Shown here: one piece after another, positions 37,493 to 47,791 of the stretch
Layout of the letters: each line of letters starts with the position of its first letter
How positions within the stretch are numbered: the first letter of the stretch is position 1
NCBI GenBank assembly: GCA_937892275.1
Contig: CALAVG010000112.1
Span: 260-64,259 of the forward strand
Reading direction: 5' to 3'
Source: an uncultured Methanomicrobiales archaeon
GTDB lineage: Archaea; Thermoplasmatota; Thermoplasmata; Methanomassiliicoccales; Methanomethylophilaceae
DNA length: 64,000 nt
Notes under the pieces: model-generated
Told to the model about the DNA's origin: nothing
The model's database searches: none
The model's input: only the letters and a program-made list of their open reading frames with translations
Translations under genes and position numbers: made by a program

Positions 37493-37957
37493 TCACTCCT
37501 GACTCCTCATCTTATATGACTTCCTGAACGGGAAGAATTCGTAGTTCTGCGGTGTGAGCAGTCTCTCAAGCCTCGGGTGGTTGTCGAAGACGATTCCGAA
37601 GAGCTCCCATGTCTCCCTCTCGTGCCAGTTCGCTCCCTCCCAGATATCGGTGACGCATGCAATGTGCAGGTCGTCTGCGGGAACATCGACATCGAGGTCG
37701 ATCATGATTCCGTTATAGTAGTTGGCGAGAAGGTAGACGACCATGAGGTGGTCCACATAATCCACGGCTGTGACGACCGAGCAGTGCTCGAATGTGAGGT
37801 TGTCGTGGATGAACTGGCACACATCGTGCGAAATCTCCCTGGGACACTTGGCCTTGACCCTGCGCTCCTCTGTGGAAAGGATCTCCACATCGGGGAACTG
37901 CGAGGTGAGTGCCGCTGTGATCTCCGAGACTGAAGGACTCTGATAGACTTCTGCCAT
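37493..37957 (-). CDS. fpoC: Fpo subunit C
   Basis: 'ANWHERETWELFGIVF.NHP'. Confidence 0.93.
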   Translation of the reverse strand: MAEVYQSPSVSEITAALTSQFPDVEILSTEERRVKAKCPREISHDVCQFIHDNLTFEHCSVVTAVDYVDHLMVVYLLANYYNGIMIDLDVDVPADDLHIACVTDIWEGANWHERETWELFGIVFDNHPRLERLLTPQNYEFFPFRKSYKMRSQE

Positions 37958-37959
37958 AC

Positions 37960-38523
37960 TCAGTCCTCCATGAAGTTTCCTCTGCGGAAGTATGCCTCGA
38001 TCTTCTTCTGAAGGAGCATGAATCCGTCGATCATTGCGTCGGGACGTGCAGGACATCCGGGGATATACACGTCGACGGGGACGATCTGGTCAAGTCCCTG
38101 AACACAGTTGTAGGAATCGTACCAGGGACCTCCAGAAATGGCGCACTCTCCCATTGCGACGACCCACTTGGGGTTGGGGATCATCTCATAGAGACGCCTG
38201 AGGTCGGGACGGATCTTCTTGGATATCCAACCGTTGACCAGAAGGATATCGGTCTGCCTGGGTGAAGAACGGTAGATCATACCGTAACGCTCTGCATCGT
38301 ACCTTGGAGCCGAAGCTGCTGCCATCTCGAGAGCGCAGCATGCGAGACCCCAGTGCAGGGGGTGCATGGAATTCTTCATACCCCATGCCCAGATAGGACC
38401 TGTCAACTTGTCCACTGTTCTCTTTGTTCCTGTGCTGAGGAGGTCGTTGATGATCGCGTCCGACCATGTCATGAACTCGTCAGCACTCATTGCTACCGCA
38501 TGGGGGTAAAGGCTCATATCCAT
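37960..38523 (-). CDS. fpoB: Fpo subunit B
   Basis: 'GLACCALEM', 'SPRQTD', 'DVYIPGCP'. Confidence 0.95.
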   Translation of the reverse strand: MDMSLYPHAVAMSADEFMTWSDAIINDLLSTGTKRTVDKLTGPIWAWGMKNSMHPLHWGLACCALEMAAASAPRYDAERYGMIYRSSPRQTDILLVNGWISKKIRPDLRRLYEMIPNPKWVVAMGECAISGGPWYDSYNCVQGLDQIVPVDVYIPGCPARPDAMIDGFMLLQKKIEAYFRRGNFMED

Positions 38524-38876
38524 ACTTCCGCCTCCTTCTTAAGAGAGTAGGCGACTCCGAGGACCATGATTCCGAAGAAGATGATCATCATGAGTTGAGC
38601 TGTTGCGCTCAATCCTGAGAAGGCGATTGCCCAGATCAGGAGGAAGGTGGCTACTAAGTCGAAAACCACGAAGATAAGAGCGAACGTATAGTACTGGAAT
38701 CTGAACTGTACGTGCGCTTCTCCGATAGGTTCCGATCCGCACTCGTAGGTCTGTTCCATCCACTCAGTGGGTTTCTCAGGCCTGAGGAACCTAGATACCA
38801 ACCATGCAAGAGGGCCGAATGCGAACGTCAAAAGCGCCACAAAGGCCAATGGCATGTAGTACATTATTAGTAACAT
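38514..38876 (-). CDS. fpoA: Fpo subunit A
   Basis: 'YECGSEP', 'YYTFALIFVVFD'. Confidence 0.93.
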   Translation of the reverse strand: MLLIMYYMPLAFVALLTFAFGPLAWLVSRFLRPEKPTEWMEQTYECGSEPIGEAHVQFRFQYYTFALIFVVFDLVATFLLIWAIAFSGLSATAQLMMIIFFGIMVLGVAYSLKKEAEVWI

Positions 38877-38990
38877 TGGGCAGTTGGATACCTTATCAGT
38901 ACATAAAGATAACCGCACACGCGTTCTATAATAGGGCTGGGTAGTGAACGAAAGGCCAGCATTTTAGTATTGAACGACGGTTTCATACCC

Positions 38991-39797
38991 ATGTCTGTCC
39001 AAATCGGCTTCATCGGCGCAGGAAAGATGGCGGAGGCTCTCATCGGAGGGCTGGTATCGAAAAATGTCTTCTCGAAGAACGAGATCATCGCATGTGCACC
39101 CAGTGAGTTCACGAGGGACCGTGTTGAGTCCGTTTACGGCATCAAAGTGTACGAGAAGGCGGCCGACGTAGTGAGTAAAGCTGACATCATCGTGCTTGCG
39201 GTGAAACCGAAGAACGTCCCGGACCTCTTCGAAAAGGAGAAGGTGACCATCGGGAAGGGAAAGATCCTCATCAGCATCGTCGCAGGATTGACGCTAACTA
39301 AGATGGATTACTATGTGCCAGATGCGAAAAAGGTAAGGGTCATGCCGAATCACTGCTGCATGGTCTTGGAAGGGGCGATGGGATACACCTGCGACCCATC
39401 CATGAGACCGGCTGACAAGAAGAGGATCAACGAGATACTGTCATCCGTCGGATTGGCCATAGAGGTCCCGGAATCCCAGATGGACGCCGTGACAGGTATA
39501 GCAGGAAGCTCCCCTGCATTCCTCTACATGGTCATAGATGCCATGGCGGAGGCTGGAGTGCTCAACGGACTGAGCCGCGATCAGGCGGTGAAACTCGCTG
39601 CACAATCAATGCTCGGATCTGCAAAGATGGTGCTGGAGACAAGGAAGCATCCCGAGCAGCTCAGGGACGAGGTATGCTCACCCGGCGGTACGACAATCGT
39701 TGGTGTGAAGATACTCGAGGACCTCGGTCTACGTTCGGCGATGGCGTCTGCCGTTGACGGTACGATAGCAAGATCCCGTGAAATGAGCCAGGAATGA
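38991..39797 (+). CDS. proC: Pyrroline-5-carboxylate reductase
   Basis: 'GFIGAGKM', 'RVMPN', 'GSSPA', 'VCSPGGTT'. Confidence 0.96.
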   Translation: MSVQIGFIGAGKMAEALIGGLVSKNVFSKNEIIACAPSEFTRDRVESVYGIKVYEKAADVVSKADIIVLAVKPKNVPDLFEKEKVTIGKGKILISIVAGLTLTKMDYYVPDAKKVRVMPNHCCMVLEGAMGYTCDPSMRPADKKRINEILSSVGLAIEVPESQMDAVTGIAGSSPAFLYMVIDAMAEAGVLNGLSRDQAVKLAAQSMLGSAKMVLETRKHPEQLRDEVCSPGGTTIVGVKILEDLGLRSAMASAVDGTIARSREMSQE

Positions 39798-39800
39798 GAA

Positions 39801-41525
39801 TTATTTCCTGAACATCGATTTTACCAGACCGAATCCGACACGGGGTGCGTTGCTCCATATGGAGCCCGCATCCCAGTCGAGGTCCTTCTTGTTGGCAATT
39901 GTGGAGTTCATCATACGGGTACCCTCGTCCTTGGTCTCCCACAGACGTGCGTCCCTTTCCTCCCTGTCCTCGATGAGCATGATCTCGTCGACCTTGTGCA
40001 TGAGTTCGCGAGCGAACTCTGTCCTGGCACACCTGTCATCCTTCGTTTTCTCATCGATACGACCGGCCTCGAACTCCTTCTGTGCGAGTACGAGCGCGGC
40101 GTCGTAGGATACCTCAGCGACATCGTCCCTTGTCATCCACTTGGTCTCGTATGAGAGGACATGTTTCCATGAGGGATTGTCCAAAAGCTTCCTGTGATCC
40201 TCCAAGGTGCGTGCCCTCAGCTTGTATCCCCATTTCTCAGGTTCCTCGAAGATCCTGCTGCCGGGATCGACGAACGGTGCAAAAGGAGCGTTGTAAATGA
40301 ACAGATTATCCTCCCTCTTGACCAATCCCCACAGCTTCTCGGCGCATTCCACGCTGTAGAGTGCGGATTTCCTGTCCTGATAGGGAAGACCGTTCATGTA
40401 GAACAGATCCATCCTGCTGCAGCCGTTGTTGAATGCGGCTGGAAGCGTTTTCTCGATGGCCTCGTTGGTGTATCCCTTCCCGAGATTCAGTCTGACGTAC
40501 TCGTCATGAGAATCCGGGGAGAACTCGATGGACCATCCGCCGTCGAACGTCTTGTCGATCTTGCTGAAGTATTCCGGCGTACCGCCGTTGAACAGTTCAA
40601 TGACCACATGGTTGGTGATGCGGCGCTCCTTGCATGCCTTGAGGAACCTGTCGGCATAATCCATGCTATGCTGCCTCAAGTCACCGACTATGAATATCGG
40701 GGTGTCGAGATAGGATTGAATCAAATCCATATCCTCCGCGAGCTTCTCAGGGCTCCTGAAGGCGGGTGCCTTCCTGCATACGACCCTGTCATTGGCGAAA
40801 TGGGATCCTCCGCATTCCGCACAGTTGATGGAACATCCTCTGACTGTGAAGACGGATGTCAGCGGGAGCTTGTCCCAGCCGTACCACGGAAGGGCTCCGG
40901 AGATGTCCATGTTGCGCATGACGCATTTGATCATGGTCCCATAATCGAACATGACCTCGTCCAGGGATTCCAGCGAATACGTCACAGGATTCTCGTGGAC
41001 GTGCCCGTCCTTGTCCTTCCATGTAAGATTCGGTACCTCGGAGAGATCGCCTCCCTTCTCGAGGACCTGCATCATCTTGACCGTGGGCACCTCCGTGGTG
41101 TCGCCCCTCATAATGAGATCTATCTCGGGCCTCTGGATCAACTCCCTATAGAAGTACGATGATGTGAGACCCCCGAACTCCACAAGGGCATCCGGATGGT
41201 ACTTCTTCACTATCTTTGCGAGTTCTATTGCACCGTGGGCATGCGGCATCCAATGCAGATCTATGGCGAAGACTTTCGCGTTGAGCTTGGATATCCTCTT
41301 CTCCACGTCGAACTTCTCGCTCTGGAGCATCTGGACCGCTATGTTGACGATCCTTGTCCTGAATCCTGCCGCCTCCAGATGGGAGGAAATCGTCATGAAC
41401 CCTATCGGGTACATCTCGAATACCGGCGATGAAGGAATGACATCGCTGACAGGCCCGTAGAATATGGGCTTCTTACGGAAATCATAGACAGAGGGTGCGT
41501 GCATGAAGATTATGTCGGATCTCAT
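39801..41525 (-). CDS. B12-binding-domain radical SAM protein (Ta0216-like)
   Basis: N-terminal 'IDLHW...GGLTSS...RGD'; 'RGCSINCAECGG'. Confidence 0.85.
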   Translation of the reverse strand: MRSDIIFMHAPSVYDFRKKPIFYGPVSDVIPSSPVFEMYPIGFMTISSHLEAAGFRTRIVNIAVQMLQSEKFDVEKRISKLNAKVFAIDLHWMPHAHGAIELAKIVKKYHPDALVEFGGLTSSYFYRELIQRPEIDLIMRGDTTEVPTVKMMQVLEKGGDLSEVPNLTWKDKDGHVHENPVTYSLESLDEVMFDYGTMIKCVMRNMDISGALPWYGWDKLPLTSVFTVRGCSINCAECGGSHFANDRVVCRKAPAFRSPEKLAEDMDLIQSYLDTPIFIVGDLRQHSMDYADRFLKACKERRITNHVVIELFNGGTPEYFSKIDKTFDGGWSIEFSPDSHDEYVRLNLGKGYTNEAIEKTLPAAFNNGCSRMDLFYMNGLPYQDRKSALYSVECAEKLWGLVKREDNLFIYNAPFAPFVDPGSRIFEEPEKWGYKLRARTLEDHRKLLDNPSWKHVLSYETKWMTRDDVAEVSYDAALVLAQKEFEAGRIDEKTKDDRCARTEFARELMHKVDEIMLIEDREERDARLWETKDEGTRMMNSTIANKKDLDWDAGSIWSNAPRVGFGLVKSMFRK

Positions 41526-41529
41526 GCAC

Positions 41530-42309
41530 TCAAGCTCCGTAGCGCCTCTTGCGCTGCTGATATGTTCTTATTGCCCTCAGGAAATCGATGAACCTGAATC
41601 CAGGCCAATATACATCAGTGAAATAAAGTTCGGAATATGCCATCTGCCAGAGCAGGAAATTGGACAGTCTCTCCTCTCCTGATGTCCTCAGTACGAGGTC
41701 CGGATCGGGTATGTCGCTTGTGGATATCGCTGATGAAATCAGATCCTCATCTATGTCGTCCAGATCCAATTCTCCGTCCCTGACCTTTGCGGCTATGCAA
41801 CGGACCGCGTTAGCTATGTCCTGCCTGCCTCCGTATCCGACGGCCATGTAAACGGTCAGTTCTGTGTAATCCTTGGTCTTCTCCTCGGCGTATTCCACCG
41901 CCTTGAGGAGGGATTCGGGGAACAGTTTCCTGTCCCCTATTACTTTGATGCTGGCACGGCGCTTGTGGACCTCCTCGGAATCGGCGTACTCATAGAACGA
42001 CTTCTCCATCAGTTCCATTATGTAGCTGACCTCATCCGGGTCCCTCTTGAAATTCTCAGTGGAGAAAGCGAAGAGGGTCAGGTGCTTGACCTTCAGGTCC
42101 ATGCACCATTCCAGTACCTCCTTGAGCTTCTCCCTGCCCATGGCGTGCCCTTTGATGGTCGAATCACCGAGGACCTCCTCCGCATATCTGCGGTTTCCGT
42201 CCATGATGATGGCTATGTGCTGGGGTATCTCCCCGGCCATGACCTCCTTCTTGAGAGCGGACTCATAGGCTATGTATGCCGCATCCTTGACCAGATTCGG
42301 CATCACCAT
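41530..42309 (-). CDS. uppS: cis-prenyltransferase
   Basis: 'HIAIIMDGNRR', 'FSTENFKR', 'RTSGEERLSNFLLWQ'. Confidence 0.95.
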   Translation of the reverse strand: MVMPNLVKDAAYIAYESALKKEVMAGEIPQHIAIIMDGNRRYAEEVLGDSTIKGHAMGREKLKEVLEWCMDLKVKHLTLFAFSTENFKRDPDEVSYIMELMEKSFYEYADSEEVHKRRASIKVIGDRKLFPESLLKAVEYAEEKTKDYTELTVYMAVGYGGRQDIANAVRCIAAKVRDGELDLDDIDEDLISSAISTSDIPDPDLVLRTSGEERLSNFLLWQMAYSELYFTDVYWPGFRFIDFLRAIRTYQQRKRRYGA

Positions 42310-42314
42310 GGGAA

Positions 42315-43280
42315 TCACTCGAAGTCCTGGGGGACACCTGCGGCCTTCTCTCCCATATCGAAGCAGCCGATTGCCGCGACGGCTCCGATGACACCTTTCA
42401 TTCCGCCGTTCAGTGAGATGATCTGAACGCCGTTCTCCTCTGCGATCCTGACGGCATCCTCCGGTTTGAACAGGATGCTCTTGCAGTCCCATCCGAAATC
42501 CGCCAGGGGTTTGGGTATCTCCAATCCCTGGAAGACTGTCATGATGGCATCGTCCGAATAGGACTCCTTGCGGATGAAATCCACGGCGAACTCTATCAAT
42601 GCAGGGATCTCCGACTCCTTCACAGCGAACGATATGGCCGTACCGCAGCAGTTCGTTGTCTTGTTCGGTGCGTCCGGGTTCAACTGTACGATCTTGTGTT
42701 CGATGAACTTGCCGATAGGACACTGGGTTCCGAGCTTCAAGCCTGCGACCCACGTCGCCCCCTTCTCCTTGGTGTCCGTATCGTCGATACCGATGATGAC
42801 ACGGACAAGTTTGGGGGTTATGATGTCCACATGGGCGGTATGACCGCCTCCCATCTGGAAATCGTCGGGGAATTCCGTACGGAGGACATCCGGACATGCG
42901 GGCATGCATGCCCCCACTCCCAATGACGCTCCCGCCATACCGTACCATGTCGAGCGGACCTCGTCCCCTTCGACCTTGACGGCCTTGATACCCATCGCTC
43001 CAAGCTGCTGTGAGACGGGACCGAACTTCAGTTCGGCCTCACCGATCTCTGCATCGGTAATAAGCATGGTCGATTTCAGATTGACGGACTTTATGACTCC
43101 GCCCGTACGACGTCTGTTGACGGCATCCCACTCCGCTGGACCGACGGACGAGCAGGTCTCTATGAACTGGACCTTGCCGTTCTTCTCATCCACCATGGTG
43201 AGGAAACGCTTGCAGAACATCCTTCCGCTTCTGGCCTGTACTTGTTCCGGTGTTAATATCTGTACCAATTTATTCACCAA
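42315..43280 (-). CDS. Methanogenesis marker protein 11-like (TiaS-like C-terminal domain)
   Basis: 'ILTPE', 'GMAGAS.G', 'IIGIDDTDTKEKGATW', 'PNKTTNC', 'GVIGAVAAIG'. Confidence 0.8.
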   Translation of the reverse strand: MVNKLVQILTPEQVQARSGRMFCKRFLTMVDEKNGKVQFIETCSSVGPAEWDAVNRRRTGGVIKSVNLKSTMLITDAEIGEAELKFGPVSQQLGAMGIKAVKVEGDEVRSTWYGMAGASLGVGACMPACPDVLRTEFPDDFQMGGGHTAHVDIITPKLVRVIIGIDDTDTKEKGATWVAGLKLGTQCPIGKFIEHKIVQLNPDAPNKTTNCCGTAISFAVKESEIPALIEFAVDFIRKESYSDDAIMTVFQGLEIPKPLADFGWDCKSILFKPEDAVRIAEENGVQIISLNGGMKGVIGAVAAIGCFDMGEKAAGVPQDFE

Positions 43281-43294
43281 ATATCAGAAAACGT

Positions 43295-43954
43295 TTAGCC
43301 AGTATCCTCCTCGGAACCGTATTCGTCGGGATCGGCGACGAATATCGCCTCGGGGGGTACGTTCTTGCACAGATACACAGTACGTGCGGCCCTGCCGATA
43401 TCCGAACCCATATCCATGCAGATGTCAGTGTCAATTCCCAGGATTATAGGGTCCTCCGTGTGGACCAGTCCGGCGCGTATCGCGTCCTGGAATGTCCTTG
43501 AGAGGTGGACCATGGAACGGTCGCCTGGTACGATACCGTTCTCAAGGAGGCCTTCGACCTCCTCCTCGTTCGTCGGATAGAAGAGCTCCTCGGGGATGTT
43601 CTCACAGTCCAACCTTATATCCAATTCGATGGTGTGGCCGTATGTGGCCCTGATCTTGCCGGCGGATATGCTGTATCTGCCCTTGGGGTCCGTGTCCACG
43701 AGTGCCTCGAGATGCCTAATCCTGAGCCAGTTCATGCGCGGATTCAGGTCCTTGATCTTGTCGAGCACATCGCGGGTGGAAACGAAACCCTGCGAATCCA
43801 TCTTGAGATTGTACTTTCCGTGCCTCAGGATACCTGCGAGCGTCCTTCCGATCTTCTCGACCTCGAAGTCCGACATTATGAACTTGCCTTCTTCCCCGCA
43901 GTAGGGGCAGCGCTCGTTGCGGAAATATCCGTGCTCCTCGCATTCTCTTATCAT
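43295..43954 (-). CDS. kptA: RNA 2'-phosphotransferase (Tpt1/KptA)
   Basis: 'ILRH', 'KGRY', 'IRATYGHT', 'VHLS'; N-terminal Zn ribbon. Confidence 0.92.
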   Translation of the reverse strand: MIRECEEHGYFRNERCPYCGEEGKFIMSDFEVEKIGRTLAGILRHGKYNLKMDSQGFVSTRDVLDKIKDLNPRMNWLRIRHLEALVDTDPKGRYSISAGKIRATYGHTIELDIRLDCENIPEELFYPTNEEEVEGLLENGIVPGDRSMVHLSRTFQDAIRAGLVHTEDPIILGIDTDICMDMGSDIGRAARTVYLCKNVPPEAIFVADPDEYGSEEDTG

Positions 43955-44838
43955 TGTTTCACCTCTGAGGCCTTCTCGGCCGCCTTCACAGCGTTGGCCA
44001 TCAGCATGCAGATCGTCATCGGGCCCACTCCTCCGGGCACCGGCGTGATGACTGAGGCCTTCTCCTTGACATTATCGAAATCCACGTCCCCGACGAGCCT
44101 GCTGCCCTTGGGACTTGTAGGGTCCTCCACCCTGTTGGTACCCACATCTATGACGACCGCACCTTCCTTCACCATATCTGCGGTGATGAAACGAGGTTTC
44201 CCGATCGCTACTATGAGGATGTCAGCCATCCTCGTCATCTCGGGCAGGTTCTTCGTGCGTGAGTGCACCACTGTGACCGTGGAATCGGCCCCGGCCCCTT
44301 TCTGGACCATGATAGCCGCCATCGGCTTACCTACTATGTTGCTGCGGCCTACGACGACGACATGCTTGCCGGCCGTCTCTACATTGGCCTTCTTCAGGAT
44401 CTGAACGACGCCGGCGGGTGTGGCCGGAAGGAAATCCGGATTTCCTATGAGGACACACCCTACGTTGCTGGGGTGGAAGCAATCAACATCCTTCTTAGGG
44501 TTAATCGCGTTGATGACGGCTTCCTCATCCAGATGCGACGGTAACGGCAGCTGGACCAGGAACCCGTGAATAGAATCGTCCTTGTTGAGCTCGTCGACCT
44601 TCGCCATTAGCTGTTCCTGTGTGGTGTCGGCGGGCATACGGATCGTGATGGACTTCATGCCGAGCTCCTCGCACATCTCCCCCTTCTTCCTGACGTAGAC
44701 CTGGGAAGCGGGATCGTCCCCGACGAGAACGACTGCCAGTCCGGGAGTCACCCCTTTGGACTTGAGTCTCTCTATCCTTGTCCTGAGTTCGGCATAGACC
44801 TCTGCCGATACATCCTTGCCTAGAATCACTTCGGCCAT
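43951..44838 (-). CDS. folD: Bifunctional methylene-THF dehydrogenase/cyclohydrolase (in frame with the upstream GNAT ORF)
   Basis: 'YVRKK', 'LVQLPLP', 'KDVD', 'GRSNIVGKP', 'PVPGGVGPMT'; own ATG at 44838. Confidence 0.95.
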   Translation of the reverse strand: MAEVILGKDVSAEVYAELRTRIERLKSKGVTPGLAVVLVGDDPASQVYVRKKGEMCEELGMKSITIRMPADTTQEQLMAKVDELNKDDSIHGFLVQLPLPSHLDEEAVINAINPKKDVDCFHPSNVGCVLIGNPDFLPATPAGVVQILKKANVETAGKHVVVVGRSNIVGKPMAAIMVQKGAGADSTVTVVHSRTKNLPEMTRMADILIVAIGKPRFITADMVKEGAVVIDVGTNRVEDPTSPKGSRLVGDVDFDNVKEKASVITPVPGGVGPMTICMLMANAVKAAEKASEVKQ

Positions 44839-45516
44839 GGCATCACGGTAGGCGCTCGATGCCTTCCAGTCTATATAATCATGCGCTTGCGCGTTTTTAT
44901 CGGTAGAAGTTTTGTACTCCAGATAATAGCCGAAAACGGTCAGAGGTTCCCCTACACAGATGATGTCCTCCTGCCCTATGCGGACAGCGCCCATGTGATC
45001 GTAGAAACCGAAGTTACAGTCGGTGTCCGTGTAGAAGAAAAGACCGGTCATACCTCTCTCGCTGGCACATCTGCGGGCCTCGTCTATCAGCTTGCGTCCG
45101 AGACCGAGCCCTTTGTGCTTATCGGAGAGGATCAGGAGACCCAATTCCGCCCATTCGGGCTTCTTGTATTTGGATGCGAACTCGTTGTATACTCTTTCGA
45201 ACTCGTCCATGTCCCTCTCACATTGATCGAAGGTATCCACGAGATGCTCCAACGAATCCTTGTAATTACGGTATTCCTCGGAGAGATCCACCTTTTCTCC
45301 CGGCATCTCCTTCAGTATCAGGATACCGCATGGTTCTCCGTCGACCAGCAGCGTCTTTGCCACGTTGGAACCGTTCGCATACTGGATGAAATACAATGTG
45401 GCGATCTCCTGCCCGTACTTCTTGGAGTACAGGTTGAATCTCCACTCATCGTCGATGATCTTCGACAACGCTTCGTAATCCGACCTCTGAAGGTCCCTGA
45501 TGGCGATCTCCGCCAT
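44839..45516 (-). CDS. GNAT-family N-acetyltransferase domain (no stop before folD)
   Basis: 'HKGLGLGRKLI', 'YTDTDCNFGFYDHMG'. Confidence 0.8.
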
Positions 45517-45518
45517 AG

Positions 45519-46283
45519 TCAGTCCCCAATCACAGCCGGTACATAACCTTCATCCAACAATAGTTTGATCAGGTGTTCGGTGGATTTCCTGTTGTGCTCC
45601 ATCTCGGCCCAGGTCATGATCCCCTTCTCGCGGGACTCCACCATATGCCAGGCATGGGTGGACAGTACAATATCCGCATCCCCGGATGCCCTTGCCAATG
45701 ACAGATAATCAGTGGGTTCCCTGGTACCCTCGTGCATCGGCCACAGGTAGGCCGTGATGGTCTTTCCCCTAAAGTCCTTGCCTTTGGCCACCGGATGCTC
45801 GGTGATCCCCGATATGTCGTATGGCCCTACCCCGGGATCCGCATACAGGGATGAATCGTGTTTTATTCCGAGCCCCCTGAGCTCATCGAAGACGGCATCG
45901 GAGGTCTTCATGAACGGTGCACGGAAGCAAGTGGGCTTCTTCACGTTGCCCCTGACGGCTCTGACGGCATTGTCCATTATATCCCTGAGCTCCTCGGGAC
46001 TTACCATCGTGAGGTCCTCGTGGTCGTAACCGTGGAACCCTATGCAATGGGGTTTGAGCCTGGAACAATCCAGTATCTCCGAGGTGTGTCCCTCGACGAA
46101 GAAGGTCGCCTTCATTTCGAAACTGTCCAGGATGTCAAGGAGGATATCCATTCCCTTCTCGCAGGATTCAAATCTGGGCTCCGTTCCATGACCGCGGTCT
46201 ATGGAACCGGCCTTGTTGACATTGTCCAACAGTATGTTGACATCGCGGTCCAGATCGACTGTGAAGAGCAACCTTCCGGTCAT
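45519..46283 (-). CDS. Polysaccharide deacetylase (CE4) family protein
   Basis: 'FTVDLD', 'ATFFVEG', 'HGYDH', 'FRAP'; ATGA-coupled to AMP phosphorylase. Confidence 0.85.
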   Translation of the reverse strand: MTGRLLFTVDLDRDVNILLDNVNKAGSIDRGHGTEPRFESCEKGMDILLDILDSFEMKATFFVEGHTSEILDCSRLKPHCIGFHGYDHEDLTMVSPEELRDIMDNAVRAVRGNVKKPTCFRAPFMKTSDAVFDELRGLGIKHDSSLYADPGVGPYDISGITEHPVAKGKDFRGKTITAYLWPMHEGTREPTDYLSLARASGDADIVLSTHAWHMVESREKGIMTWAEMEHNRKSTEHLIKLLLDEGYVPAVIGD

Positions 46284-47791
46284 AGAGTCCTTACCTCCGT
46301 CACCCTTCTGAGAAGCATTCCCTCGATCTCGAACGGGTTGTTGCTGATTGCAGCCTCCTGAGCACGTTTGAGCTTGGCTTCGTTCTCGGCGTAGATCGTC
46401 ATTAGCACGTCGCCGGTCTCGACCCTCTGGCCCTTCTTCTTCATGACCAACAATCCGGCCCCTTTGTCGGACGGCGCACCTGCGGTCTTGGCTATGAAGA
46501 CGATGTCCTTGTTGTGGATCGCATGCACATATCCCGGATTGGACGCTTTCAGTTCGTAGGAATACTTCCCGGGCTGGAGGTCGGCGGATTTGAGGTCGGG
46601 TCTGCCGTCCTGCGCGACGACGATCTCCATGAACTTCTTGTAGGCCTCTCCCGATTCTAGGATCCCCTTTGCTTTCTCGGAACCGTTGGGTATGTTGGCC
46701 ATCTCGAGTATCATGCCTGCACATTCGCAGGCCTTCTCGATGACGCTCGAAGGATGTACCTTCCCTTCTAGGATCGATATGCATTCCCTGGCCTCCAGGA
46801 TCGGTCCGATGGCCATTCCGATGGGCTGATCCGCATAGGTTATTGCACATTCAACATGCATCCCTATCCTGTCCCCGAGGTCCATCAAATCGCGGGCATA
46901 GAGCTTGCCTTCCTCCAAGGTTGCTACCTTCGCCTCAGATCCCACTGGGATATCGACCAGCAGATGGGTGGAACCCATGGCCACCTTCTTGCTCATGATG
47001 GAAGCGAGCATCTGCGCCCTGGGATTGATACCGAGCGGGTGCTCGATCCTTATCACCATGTCGTCTACCGGTGCCAGATTCATAGATCCTCCCCATGCGA
47101 ACACACCTCCGACCTCCTCTGAAATCGACTTGAGCTTATCAGCACTGAGTTCCACGTCGCAGAACGTCTCCACGAAATCGGATGTTCCGCAGGCACTGCT
47201 GATCGCCCTCGAGGATGTCTTGGGGATCATCAGACCGGCAGCGGCCACTATGGAGATGACTATGGGCGTGATCTTGTTTCCGGGGACGCCTCCGAGACTG
47301 TGGAAGTCGAACACCGGCGACCTGTCGAATTTGATTATATCGCCGGTCTTCGCCATGGCCATGGTGAAGTCCGCGATCTCTCCTATATCCATACCGTTGA
47401 TGTGCAACGCTGTCAGCCAAGCCGAGATCTCTATGCTGGCCATCCTGTTCTCCAGGATGTCCTTGACGATGGCCTCGATCTCCTCCTTGGTGAGCTTCTC
47501 GCCATCCATCTTCTTGCGAACATATCTGACCGAATCGGGCTTATGGGCGTAGACGATATCCACCGTACCATCCTTGCCGAGGCCTGTCTTCTTCAATATC
47601 TGGCTCTGTATTATGGCAGTCCCCTGTTCAACGATATCGTCGCTGTATGCGACTATCGCGATGGTCGTTCTCTCCCCTGTGATGGACACGCGGTCGTTCT
47701 CCTTCACACCCAGTTCTATGCAGTCCGCCTTTCCCAATGTGATGTACGGATCCGAAGAACGGATGTTGACCTCCTTTACCTTGAATTTCAT
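46280..47791 (-). CDS. AMP (nucleoside monophosphate) phosphorylase
   Basis: 'HSLGGVPGNK', 'PKTSSRAIS', 'ASIMSKK'; N-terminal double-psi-barrel-like extension. Confidence 0.93.
   Translation of the reverse strand: MKFKVKEVNIRSSDPYITLGKADCIELGVKENDRVSITGERTTIAIVAYSDDIVEQGTAIIQSQILKKTGLGKDGTVDIVYAHKPDSVRYVRKKMDGEKLTKEEIEAIVKDILENRMASIEISAWLTALHINGMDIGEIADFTMAMAKTGDIIKFDRSPVFDFHSLGGVPGNKITPIVISIVAAAGLMIPKTSSRAISSACGTSDFVETFCDVELSADKLKSISEEVGGVFAWGGSMNLAPVDDMVIRIEHPLGINPRAQMLASIMSKKVAMGSTHLLVDIPVGSEAKVATLEEGKLYARDLMDLGDRIGMHVECAITYADQPIGMAIGPILEARECISILEGKVHPSSVIEKACECAGMILEMANIPNGSEKAKGILESGEAYKKFMEIVVAQDGRPDLKSADLQPGKYSYELKASNPGYVHAIHNKDIVFIAKTAGAPSDKGAGLLVMKKKGQRVETGDVLMTIYAENEAKLKRAQEAAISNNPFEIEGMLLRRVTEVRTL

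Noticed and set aside
36333..38523. Membrane-bound NiFe hydrogenase
   Set aside because: The large-subunit homologue lacks Ni-binding CxxC motifs, and gene order is nuo/fpo-like
41530..42948. 472-aa extended uppS and the 443-aa extended deacetylase ORF (45519-46850)
   Set aside because: The extensions are alternative frames of upstream genes; homology starts at internal ATGs
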